32,000 bases of DNA from Candidatus Methylomirabilis limnetica (GCF_003044035.1 NZ_NVQC01000038.1:1-32000), one strand, 5' to 3'. Shown: positions 23,574 to 31,404, counted from the stretch's first letter. The notes: generated from the sequence alone by a model not told the origin. Numbers and translations: made by a program.

Positions 23574-23858
23574 CCTCCCCCCATCCCAGCCTTCCGCCGC
23601 CAAGGGGGAAGGGAAGTGCGGTGGTGCCTTCACCTGGTGGGGGGAAGGGATGCCCATGGTGGATTTTTCCCCCTCACGCCTGACGCCCATCTCCCTTCCG
23701 AGGGGAGGATTCCCTCTCCGACCTCCTCCCCCCTTGTGGGGGAGGATTGAGGTGGGGGGTATACTGGGAAGGCTTACGCTCTCCCGTGGGATGGGCGGGG
23801 ATAAACCCCGCCCCTACATCCCCCCCATCCTCACCTTCCCCCGCCAGAGGGGAAGGGA
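23574..23858 (+). repeat. Mosaic of GC-rich hairpin repeats (A-ext, C, full P-A)
   Basis: The A-ext module is at 23574-23650 and the C hairpin CCTCCTCCCCCCTTGTGGGGGAGGATTGAGGTGGGGGG at 23720-23759. The P-A copy at 23747-23858 is nearly identical to 22743-22850. Confidence 0.9.
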
Positions 23859-23870
23859 TCGGCATCACAG

Positions 23871-25151
23871 TCAGTGGATCTTCTTGAGGGACACCTGGTC
23901 GATCCAGGCGGTTCCGCCGATGAGATTATCGAGTTTCTGGCTGGTCTCTCGCCGGATCTTGATGACAATGGCCTGAGATCGCGGAGAGGTTTCAAACGGT
24001 ACGCGCACCTCGGACCACGGGTGGTCGCCGATGTAGCTCTCGCTCGTGGCATGGCGTCTGCCATCGAGAAAATCTATTACCTCCAGATAGGGGCCGTTTG
24101 AGGTCGTGATGCCTGTGGTCTTGATGGAACCGCTCAGTAGGTAGCGAGTCCCCGGCATCACCGGAACCACCTGAGAGGCAGCGGTCAGATCTAGATTTCG
24201 AGTGCCATCAAAGGCGATCTTGAGCGATCGCGTCCCCTCCGCGGAGCTCGACGCACCAACCCCAATCTCTACCCCAGCGCTCCGTCCAACCCGCCAATCG
24301 AATCCGGCCCCCCACGTCTCGTCTCGCTCGAACCCGCCATTCCACATTAGATTGTCAAGGTCACCGCCTCCCCTGCCAATCCCCCGTAATCGCAACAGCA
24401 GGTTCCAGGCAGACGTAGCCTCTGACAGGTCCTTGTGTTCAAGCATGAAATCGACATACGCTGAAGCGAGGCGGGGATCCACGCTGACAGCAGGGAGAGC
24501 GGTAAGCCGCTGCCACACCACCCTTCCGTTCTCAGCCTCCCCCTGCCTGATCAGGTAGTCCAGGTAGTCCGACAAGACCCCCGGCTCGGCGGGTAAGGTC
24601 GTGTCGATGAAATCGGCGGGCTGCATGAGGGTGTGGATAAGGGTGAAATAGGTCTGGCGCTGGCTTGGCTCGGTCATCACCAGATGTCGCAGGTTGGCGA
24701 TGGCGGCCTCGTAGTCCTCAAGCTGGATCTGAAACAGTGCGGCCTCCCAACGCAGCCTCGCATTGCTAGGATTGAACCACAACGCAAGCCTGAGGGCGGG
24801 CTTGGCCTCCTGGACCTGACCTAACCACCAGTGGGTCCTCGCCACATCGAACCACGTGCGGCTGGAAAGGGGATTCTCCCAAAGGGCCAGTCGATAGTGA
24901 CGCAACGCCTCCTGATAGTCCTGGAAGCTCACGCTGTATTGGCGAATCTTTCCCAGGTGCTGATGCTGGTACTGGGGGTGTTCTGGATGCGACCGCCAGG
25001 CACGGAGCAGTTCAGGGTCGTGGGGAAGAGCGGGGATCGCGAAGCTGGCCGCCCAGGGACGGACGATCATCCAGGAGGCCAAGGTGGTAAGGCAGGCGAG
25101 CAGTAGGAGGGAAGCGGCCTTGCTTGACGACGTCCTGAACTCGAGGACCAT
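23871..25151 (-). CDS. Membrane-anchored TPR-repeat protein with C-terminal carbohydrate-binding-module-like domain
   Basis: 426 aa with an N-terminal hydrophobic anchor (AASLLLLACLTTLASWMIV). TPR-like helices follow (YQEALRHYRLALWENP, WWLGQVQEAKPALRLALWFNPSN, DYEAAIANLRHL). The C-terminus NGGFERDETWGAGFDW...GTRYLLSGSIKT...AWIDQVSL resembles CBM4_9. Confidence 0.7.
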   Translation of the reverse strand: MVLEFRTSSSKAASLLLLACLTTLASWMIVRPWAASFAIPALPHDPELLRAWRSHPEHPQYQHQHLGKIRQYSVSFQDYQEALRHYRLALWENPLSSRTWFDVARTHWWLGQVQEAKPALRLALWFNPSNARLRWEAALFQIQLEDYEAAIANLRHLVMTEPSQRQTYFTLIHTLMQPADFIDTTLPAEPGVLSDYLDYLIRQGEAENGRVVWQRLTALPAVSVDPRLASAYVDFMLEHKDLSEATSAWNLLLRLRGIGRGGGDLDNLMWNGGFERDETWGAGFDWRVGRSAGVEIGVGASSSAEGTRSLKIAFDGTRNLDLTAASQVVPVMPGTRYLLSGSIKTTGITTSNGPYLEVIDFLDGRRHATSESYIGDHPWSEVRVPFETSPRSQAIVIKIRRETSQKLDNLIGGTAWIDQVSLKKIH

Positions 25152-25204
25152 GCGATCTCATCTCCCATCCTAAAACTAGCGCGGGAAAACTATTCCATAG
25201 TCAT

Positions 25205-25592
25205 TTTGTTGAGGGTCGATACCCCGCGGCTTGCCGCGAGTTCGTCATACCGGCGGAAGCCGGTATCCAGAGGGCCGACTGGATTCCGTGTCAAGCACGG
25301 AATGACGGGCCAGAACAGAAGACGATACCCCGCAGCTTGCCGCGGGGCAGTTCATTGGTTTTAAGGTCCCCCCCACCCGTCCCCTCCCCCTCGGAGGGGG
25401 GAGGGTAAGAGGGAGAGTGCGGCCTTTCATGCCCATTGGCGAGTCAAGGCTCATGAGGTACTGCCCCGAAAGTCCCCCTCAACTACCTGATCCGTAGGGG
25501 CGGGGTTTATCCCCGCCCGGTAAGCGGGAGGGCATAAAGCCCTCCCCTACATCCCCCCATCCTATCCTTCCCCCGCAAGGGGGGAAGGGATA
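25205..25592. repeat. Mosaic of at least four small hairpin-repeat types
   Basis: The block contains the hairpins ATACCGGCggaaGCCGGTAT, ATTCCGTGtcaagCACGGAAT and CCCCGCAGCttGCCGCGGGG. It also has CCCCTCCCCCTCGGAGGGGGGAGGG, an inverted P hairpin GGGGCGGGGTTTATCCCCGCCC (25497-25518), the P-like GGGAGGGCATAAAGCCCTCCC, and an A module at 25553-25590. Confidence 0.85.
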
Positions 25593-27961
25593 TCGGCGGG
25601 AGAGTCCGGACTTTCATGCTCATGGGCGTGGGGGGCTCCTGGGGTATTGCTTCGATCATGGTGCCCCCTCGCGACGATACCGTGCCGTTCGGATTTCCGA
25701 TGATAATAGTCGTGATAGTCCTGATAGTACGAATACCCGTGGCTATGCAGATCTATGTTGTTCAGGACGACGCCCAAGATTTTCGCGTTGACTGCGTTGA
25801 GCGTTCTCACCGCTCTTTGAGCGGCATCTCGAACCGTTTTGCCTGCACGGATAACAAACACGGTGCCCTCGGCGAATGTGGATAGCAGGACGCTATCGGT
25901 AAACCCAAGCACCGGCGGCGCATCGATAATCACATACTTGAACTGCTGACAGAGCAGTTCCAAGGCATCCCTCATCCGCTCGGAGCCAAGTAACTCTGCC
26001 GGGTTCAGTGGGGATTGTCCCGCCGGCAGTAGAGAGAGGTTGGAGGTTGCCGTTGGTTTGATGACGGCGCTAAGCTCTGCGTCTCCCACAAGGAAGTTCG
26101 ACAGCCCTGGCGTTCGATCCTGCCCCAGGATCCGGTGACAATCGGGATAGCGCATATCCGCATCGATGAGCAGAACGTCACCGCCAAGTTGCGACAGCGC
26201 GACAGAGAGATTGATCGACACGCCTGTTTTACCGTCGCCCGGTTCCGCACTGGTCACGAGGAGCAGCTTAGGAGGGTTCTCCGGGAGAGAGAAGAGGAGC
26301 GAGGTCCGGATGTTCCGGATGGCCTCACCAACCAACGAGGACTGATCCTGGAGCATGACCAGTTCAAACGACTTCGCGTCCTGGCCGTTGTTGGTCGTTC
26401 CTTTCAGCCGCCTCCTTCGTTCGACGGAGGCTAATGCCGGCACGGCCCCCAGAATCGGCAATGCGAACGTCGATTCTACCTCTTCGATCTTATTGACAGT
26501 GTTGTCAAGGTAGTCGGAGAAGAACGCCAGGCCGATCCCCAGGCCGAGACCGAGGACGATCCCGAGCGTCAGGTTGAGCAGTTTCTTAGGGCGATCGGGC
26601 CAGAGCGGAATTTTCGCCAGGTCAGTGATCATAATATTCGTGGAATCGAGTCCCGCAGAGACAGCCGTCTCTTTCATGCGCTGCAACAGGCCGGAATACA
26701 GTTCGCGGTTGATGTCAACCTCTCGCTTCAGGATGTTGTACTGAATGGAATCCTCGTTGGTCTTGAGGGTCACCGTTTTCTGCTTATCCACCGCTGATTG
26801 GAGCAGATGTTCCGATTTCAGGCCTGCCTCATAACTCGACCGGAGGCCATCGACAACCCTTTGGACCTCACCATCAAGCTTTATCTTCACTTCGTCGATA
26901 TTACTCTTCAGCGCCACCATCCTGGGATAGTCCGACAGGAACGTCTCAGACAGCTTCCTGTATTCGGCCTGAAGGCGGAAATACTCTGTCTTCAAGCTAG
27001 AGATCAGCGGATTTTCCAACACCGATGGGATCGACTGAAAATCCTGTCCCTGAGTCTGCCGATGCAGCGCCTCCTTCGCCAGCCGCTCGCTGCGCGCTTT
27101 CATCAGGGCATCAGTGAGCAGTGAGAGCTGCTTGGTGGTCTGTTCCTGTTTTTCATCTAGCACGAGGTATTGCTTCTGCTTGGCAAATCGCTGAAGCAGT
27201 TCATCAGAGCTCTCGAGCTTGATCCTCACCTCTTGAATCTGTTTCGCCAGGAAGTCGCCGGCATATTTCATCGCGCCCAGCCTCTGCTCGATGCTCTGTT
27301 CGATAAAGTTCTCTGCCATCGCGTTGGCAATTTGGGCGGACAGTTCCGGCGAGGGGCTGAGGAAGGCGATCTTCACCAGGCGGGTATTCTTGACGGGTTC
27401 AATCTCCAGCTTTTTCAGGAAACTCTGCACCACGGGCGATTCGGTGATTGACGCCTCGCCGGAAGCCTGCTGCGTAGACGGCTGAGGGCGTATGAGGTCC
27501 ACAAGATTGGTGAGCCAAGTCCATGTTGGAGAGGCCGGACCTTGCATTCCAGAGCCCAAGAATTCCGGGTTTGCGTCGAGGTTGAAGCGTTTGACGACCC
27601 GCTCCGCAAGCGAATAGCTTGTCAGCAGCTTGTATTGCGTCTGATAATAATCATCGGTCTCTTTGTTGGCAGACGGCGAGACGTCATCGAACTTCAGGAT
27701 CTTGAGTTCTGCCCTGTCGATCTTGATGGTGGCGGTGGCCTTATACACCGGCCGCTGAACAAACGTCGCAGTGGCAACGGTAACCACCGTGACAAGAAAA
27801 CAGGTGAGGACGATCCAGCGATGCTTGAGGAGCACCTGCCAGTAATCCCTGAGATGCGGATCTTTCTTTTGCTCGGGAAACGCCTGGACAGGCCATAGCT
27901 GAGGCTTCGCCAAGCCTCCGCTGCCCCCCTTCACCTTTACGAGCGCATTATCGGGGTCCAT
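25562..27961 (-). CDS. wzc: Wzc/GumC-like polysaccharide co-polymerase with C-terminal BY-kinase domain
   Basis: 799 aa. It has an N-terminal TM segment, a long coiled periplasmic region and a second TM segment (LLNLTLGIVLGLGLGIGLAFF). The kinase domain shows Walker A SAEPGDGKTGVSINLS, LLIDADMRYP and Walker B YVIIDAPPVL, followed by the Tyr cluster GYSYYQDYHDYYH. The last ~10 codons and the stop lie in a repeat. Confidence 0.9.
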   Translation of the reverse strand: MDPDNALVKVKGGSGGLAKPQLWPVQAFPEQKKDPHLRDYWQVLLKHRWIVLTCFLVTVVTVATATFVQRPVYKATATIKIDRAELKILKFDDVSPSANKETDDYYQTQYKLLTSYSLAERVVKRFNLDANPEFLGSGMQGPASPTWTWLTNLVDLIRPQPSTQQASGEASITESPVVQSFLKKLEIEPVKNTRLVKIAFLSPSPELSAQIANAMAENFIEQSIEQRLGAMKYAGDFLAKQIQEVRIKLESSDELLQRFAKQKQYLVLDEKQEQTTKQLSLLTDALMKARSERLAKEALHRQTQGQDFQSIPSVLENPLISSLKTEYFRLQAEYRKLSETFLSDYPRMVALKSNIDEVKIKLDGEVQRVVDGLRSSYEAGLKSEHLLQSAVDKQKTVTLKTNEDSIQYNILKREVDINRELYSGLLQRMKETAVSAGLDSTNIMITDLAKIPLWPDRPKKLLNLTLGIVLGLGLGIGLAFFSDYLDNTVNKIEEVESTFALPILGAVPALASVERRRRLKGTTNNGQDAKSFELVMLQDQSSLVGEAIRNIRTSLLFSLPENPPKLLLVTSAEPGDGKTGVSINLSVALSQLGGDVLLIDADMRYPDCHRILGQDRTPGLSNFLVGDAELSAVIKPTATSNLSLLPAGQSPLNPAELLGSERMRDALELLCQQFKYVIIDAPPVLGFTDSVLLSTFAEGTVFVIRAGKTVRDAAQRAVRTLNAVNAKILGVVLNNIDLHSHGYSYYQDYHDYYHRKSERHGIVARGHHDRSNTPGAPHAHEHESPDSPADIPSPLAGEG

Positions 27962-27982
27962 CTATCTCTATCCTTGACTGAG

Positions 27983-28057
27983 AAAATCTCCCCTCGCCCC
28001 TCTTTTCCAAAGAGGGGTAAATCCTCCCTTTGGCAAAGGGAGGTGAGGAGGGATTGT
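27983..28057 (+). repeat. K-type double-hairpin repeat, copy 1
   Basis: AAAATCTCCCCTCGCCCCTCTTTTCCAAAGAGGGGTAAATCCTCCCTTTGGCAAAGGGAGGTGAGGAGGGATTG. It contains the palindromes CCCCTCTTTtccAAAGAGGGG and CCTCCCTTTGgCAAAGGGAGG. Confidence 0.9.
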
Positions 28058-28060
28058 TCA

Positions 28061-29152
28061 TCATAAAGACGCGCCGACGCCGAACCGGATGAACTCAAGA
28101 AAACCGAACCAAGCCGACTTAAACCCATTGCTGTTGACCAGGATCACGTCGTTCTTCATCACAAGGGGGCCTTTCTGGCCCTGCTCGATTTCGTTGAGAC
28201 TGACCTCAATGATCTGCTTCTGTTGTCCTTTAATCTCGCGGAAGATCTTGACGCTTTCAAAATCTGCGACCTTCGTGACACCGCCGGCTTCGATGATCGC
28301 TTGATCAACCGTAACATCCCTGCCCTTCAAGACATACGAACCAGGTTTCTGGACCGATCCCCCCACAAAGTAGCTGCCCGCCTTTGGAACGTGGACGACG
28401 TCTCCGGACTGCAGGGGCGCGTTCAACTCATCCTTCCCATCGACCAGCATCTCCTCCAGGTTGATTTCGAGAACCGCCTCCTGAGCGGATTTGCCATCCG
28501 ATGCGGTCTGGGGCTGAGAGCCAAGCGGTCCTGGCGCTGCTGACGACTTCACAACTTTACGAATCAGGTAGACGATCTGGTCAGATTGCTCTGTGAGCCC
28601 CTCGGCCATTGCCAGCATATCGACTACCGAGCGCGGGCCACTGACCTCAAAGACGCCGGGCTTTTTCACGGCGCCGAGGACACTAATTCGGTGACTGTGA
28701 TGCTCGAGCACGAAGACGCTGACCTGAGGATCCCTGATGTACCTGGAGCCGAGCGCCGCCTTCACGATCGCTTCAAGCTCCATAGCGGTCTTTCCGCCGG
28801 CGGCTACCGTTCCCGCCAGCGGGAGCGTCATGAGCCCTTCTGCGCCGACTCTGGCCTTGATCTTGCTGAGTTCCGCGATGTCGAAGACGGAGATCTCTAG
28901 CAGATCGCCTGTCCCCAACCGATAATCACCAGACAGACTGTCGGAATTCGCCATGGCAAGGATCCTGCTGTTGAGGGCCATAGTGCCACGGCTCTCGTCA
29001 CGGGTCGCGTTGGCGATCAAGGCTTCGGTCTTTGAAATCCCGGACCTTGTCGCGCAACCGGAAGCGAAGAGAGCGAGCACCGCCACAAACAACAGGATAT
29101 AGCTATTAACCGCATCAAATTTGAATTGACATCGATTAAGAAAATCTCCCAT
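28061..29152 (-). CDS. wza: Wza-like outer-membrane polysaccharide export lipoprotein
   Basis: It has a Poly_export-like region (YRLGTGDLLEISVF) and SLBB-like repeats (GAVKKPGVFEV, GSVQKPGSYVL). A lipobox follows the hydrophobic stretch ILLFVAVLALFASGC. I place the start at the ATG at 29152 (MGDFLNRCQFKF...). The track ORF extends to 29329 only by reading through a repeat. Confidence 0.85.
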   Translation of the reverse strand: MGDFLNRCQFKFDAVNSYILLFVAVLALFASGCATRSGISKTEALIANATRDESRGTMALNSRILAMANSDSLSGDYRLGTGDLLEISVFDIAELSKIKARVGAEGLMTLPLAGTVAAGGKTAMELEAIVKAALGSRYIRDPQVSVFVLEHHSHRISVLGAVKKPGVFEVSGPRSVVDMLAMAEGLTEQSDQIVYLIRKVVKSSAAPGPLGSQPQTASDGKSAQEAVLEINLEEMLVDGKDELNAPLQSGDVVHVPKAGSYFVGGSVQKPGSYVLKGRDVTVDQAIIEAGGVTKVADFESVKIFREIKGQQKQIIEVSLNEIEQGQKGPLVMKNDVILVNSNGFKSAWFGFLEFIRFGVGASL

Positions 29153-29215
29153 CGCCCCTCTTTTCCAAAGAGAGGTACATCCTCCCTTTGGCAAAGGGAG
29201 GTCAGGAGGGATTCT
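29141..29215 (+). repeat. K-type double-hairpin repeat, copy 2
   Basis: AAAATCTCCCATCGCCCCTCTTTTCCAAAGAGAGGTACATCCTCCCTTTGGCAAAGGGAGGTCAGGAGGGATTC. It has the same orientation as copy 1 and differs at a few positions. Confidence 0.9.
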
Positions 29216-29395
29216 TCGATACGGTAAAGTCACTATTTTTAGATAGTTAATCGCTGTTTCCCTATCCGATCCTATCCTCTGTTTTAACATCTCTCGGTCT
29301 TTCGTCTTCTCCTGTTTTCCACAGTACACAGGAGGGCATCGATCGCGTAAATCCCCTCTCCCATCAGAACAAGACGGAGCGGTGTAGGCTATTGC

Positions 29396-30715
29396 CTATT
29401 TAAGGGCCACGTCACTGGCAACGGAGTTATTTCCATTGCTGTGTAATGCCAATGAACCACCTGCGGTAGCTCCTGCCGTGCCCCCAGTCACTGCCGCAGC
29501 GAGCCCCCACCCAGCCGCTGGGACAAAGAACGCTGCTGCGAGACCGCATTCCTCAACGACTACCCATCGCTCTTCAGGTTTTTCTTCCCACGCCCACGTA
29601 AAGCCGTCGTACAGATCCTGGGTCGGTCGCGGCGGTTCGGCATTCGGAGAGCCAAGTTGCACCTCCTGCCACCCACCCGACACCTGTGGCGGGTTCGACG
29701 GATGCCAGGCCCATACATGCTCCGACTTGGCAGCTTGGGATGGCGGACTGACCGGCGGCGGGAGCTTGGCAGCCTCCCCGCTGGAAGCCCGGCGGAACGC
29801 TGCAAATTGACCGCACTCTCTCTGGGCAACCACCCATTGATCCTTCCACGCCCACGCAAAGCCTTGACGCAGATCCTGGTCCGGCGCCGGAGGCGTCACT
29901 GGTGGCACGCCAAGCCTCATCTCCTGCCACCCGCCCTGAACCGCTTGGGGGTGAGAGGGGTGCCATGTCCAGACATGTTCAGGCTTTGCCGCCTGGCTAG
30001 GAGGATCGGACGGCGGAGGGGTTCGCTGGCCTCCAGGCTGAGCAGCCGCGTACTGTTTGAATCCCCCAAACGATTGAGCGAGCATGGTCCGTACCTGTCC
30101 TTCTCTCAGCCGTTCTGTGACGGAGCCGTTCTGCGAGACGAGGACCGCCTCACCAGACAGCAGGCGGACTCGAGGAATCCCCCCCTTCTGAGCTGTGATC
30201 ACACCCAGCGTGTCTCGCTGAGCCTGTGCATCCGTGCTGACGCGGGTCGCTATGGGGTTGTGATCAGAGCGCCCCATGCCGGCCACCGCAGTCTGAATCA
30301 TCCCCCCCGGCATCCAAAGCCGAACAGACGAGGAGGGGCGCAATCGAAACAACATGTTGCCCTCTGCCATGCGTACCGTCGTGGAAGGCCCCATCACAGC
30401 GATGGCAAGCTCTGTCGTGGGACTGGCTTCCAGTCGGCTTCCGTCGGACAGGGTCAAGGCAACGATCCCGGATCGGGCCCTGACCAGCATCTTGTCGAAC
30501 ACTGGAAGCGTCCCTGAGCCCAACGAAATCCAGCTCTTCCCGTCGAAGGAAACCTGCGCGGGCGACGTCCCGCGGATTTCACCGAGCGGTCGATTGAACA
30601 GAGGTGCTCCCGCGATCGCCACCGGCGTGATCGCTGACAAGGCGACCATAAGGAGCACCGCAACCGTACAACCAATACGACTTCCACGATCTACCCAAGA
30701 GGCGAACATTACCAT
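29396..30715 (-). CDS. Secreted FecR-like-domain protein with tandem Trp/Pro-rich ~78-aa repeat and hydrophobic Gly/Ala C-terminus
   Basis: 439 aa with a signal-like N-terminus (CTVAVLLMVALSAITPVAIAGA). It has a FecR-like pattern (VSFDGKSWISLGSGTLPVFDKMLVRARSGIVALTLSDGSRLEASPTTELAI). Two repeat units, residues 233-307 (29795-30019) and 319-396 (29528-29761), share PPSQAAKxEHVWxWHPSxPxxVxGGWQExxLG...DLxxGFxWAW...WVVxxECGxxAAF. Confidence 0.7.
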   Translation of the reverse strand: MVMFASWVDRGSRIGCTVAVLLMVALSAITPVAIAGAPLFNRPLGEIRGTSPAQVSFDGKSWISLGSGTLPVFDKMLVRARSGIVALTLSDGSRLEASPTTELAIAVMGPSTTVRMAEGNMLFRLRPSSSVRLWMPGGMIQTAVAGMGRSDHNPIATRVSTDAQAQRDTLGVITAQKGGIPRVRLLSGEAVLVSQNGSVTERLREGQVRTMLAQSFGGFKQYAAAQPGGQRTPPPSDPPSQAAKPEHVWTWHPSHPQAVQGGWQEMRLGVPPVTPPAPDQDLRQGFAWAWKDQWVVAQRECGQFAAFRRASSGEAAKLPPPVSPPSQAAKSEHVWAWHPSNPPQVSGGWQEVQLGSPNAEPPRPTQDLYDGFTWAWEEKPEERWVVVEECGLAAAFFVPAAGWGLAAAVTGGTAGATAGGSLALHSNGNNSVASDVALK

Positions 30716-30756
30716 TACCCCCTCTCTACGCCATCGGACGGTTATTGAGAAATAGA

Positions 30757-31245
30757 TTAGATAAATACAGGCTCAGAGGGCGACGGTTCGCCCTCAGCCC
30801 TCTGAAACGTGCGGCCGACGAGACCAACGAGCTGATCGAATATGCGAGCCAACACTCGCCGCCGGGCCCACACCTCTCCGCGCTGCACTGCTCGGATCGC
30901 CTTTTCCAGGTTAGTTCCATCGCCCTTGACAAGGTACCCCATGGCCCCGAGTTCAAGCGCCTCCAGAATGGTCGTCTCCTCATCGTGGCCCGAGAGGACG
31001 ATCACCTTTGTTTTCGGGCTACACCATCTTACCACTGGGAGGACCTCCAGGCCACTGATTCCCGGCAAGTCTATGTCCAGGGTCAGGATGTCTGGATCTA
31101 GCCGTTCCACAGTGGCAATCGCCTCCCGCCCACTGTGCGCCTCTCCGACAACTTCAAAGCCCGGCACCAAGTTGAGTTGTTCACGGAACAACTCGCAAAG
31201 CCCTGGGTCATCCTCAGCGATAACAATACGAATCATAGATGACAT
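30757..31245 (-). CDS. Stand-alone receiver-domain protein (NarL-type REC without HTH)
   Basis: 162 aa. It contains IVIAEDDPGL, ILTLDIDLPGISG, VIVLSGH and GYLVKG. The linker GEVWARRRVLARIFDQL is paralogous to GEIWAGRKVLAEALESL of the next gene, but no LuxR HTH follows. Confidence 0.85.
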   Translation of the reverse strand: MSSMIRIVIAEDDPGLCELFREQLNLVPGFEVVGEAHSGREAIATVERLDPDILTLDIDLPGISGLEVLPVVRWCSPKTKVIVLSGHDEETTILEALELGAMGYLVKGDGTNLEKAIRAVQRGEVWARRRVLARIFDQLVGLVGRTFQRAEGEPSPSEPVFI

Positions 31246-31404
31246 GCTGTCAGTTCTCCCCGCTCTTGGTTTCTACATGTTCCTATGTATACAAGATACG
31301 CTCAAGAGATCCTTTTCGTCCATAGGCCATGTGGCGTATTTTCTAGAAAAAAGAGGGCTGAGGGTTTTAGGGGTGTGTAGGGTTTAATCACGGCAGACAT
31401 GAGG

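Noticed and set aside
18944-23858. Integron-like cassette array (small TA cassettes each followed by an imperfect-palindrome repeat, all co-oriented)
   Set aside because: No intI integrase or attI is in the window. The repeat lacks the attC core sites (RYYYAAC / GTTRRRY) in either orientation. The same repeats also flank large housekeeping-type EPS genes. A REP/BIME-like interpretation fits better.
15655-25592. Possible CRISPR array formed by the recurring GC-rich repeats
   Set aside because: The repeats are 40-140 bp, modular and variable in length. They are separated by whole genes or irregular distances rather than uniform 30-40-bp spacers. No cas genes or leader are present.
28061-29329. 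Long form (422 aa) of the Wza-like ORF
   Set aside because: The extra 59 N-terminal residues (..PPDLPLPKGGCTSLWKRGA) are the translation of the K repeat and flanking non-coding DNA. The lipoprotein signal begins right after the internal ATG at 29152.
29396-29530. PEP-CTERM or other known sorting signal at the C-terminus of the 439-aa protein
   Set aside because: No PEP (or VPxP) motif is followed by a TM helix and a basic tail. The C-terminus ends ..HSNGNNSVASDVALK without an Arg/Lys cluster.
29657-30517. 286-aa plus-strand ORF
   Set aside because: It is antisense to the FecR-like/tandem-repeat gene. It is extremely Arg-rich and low-complexity. The minus-strand frame has a signal peptide, a domain-like pattern and an internal protein-level repeat.
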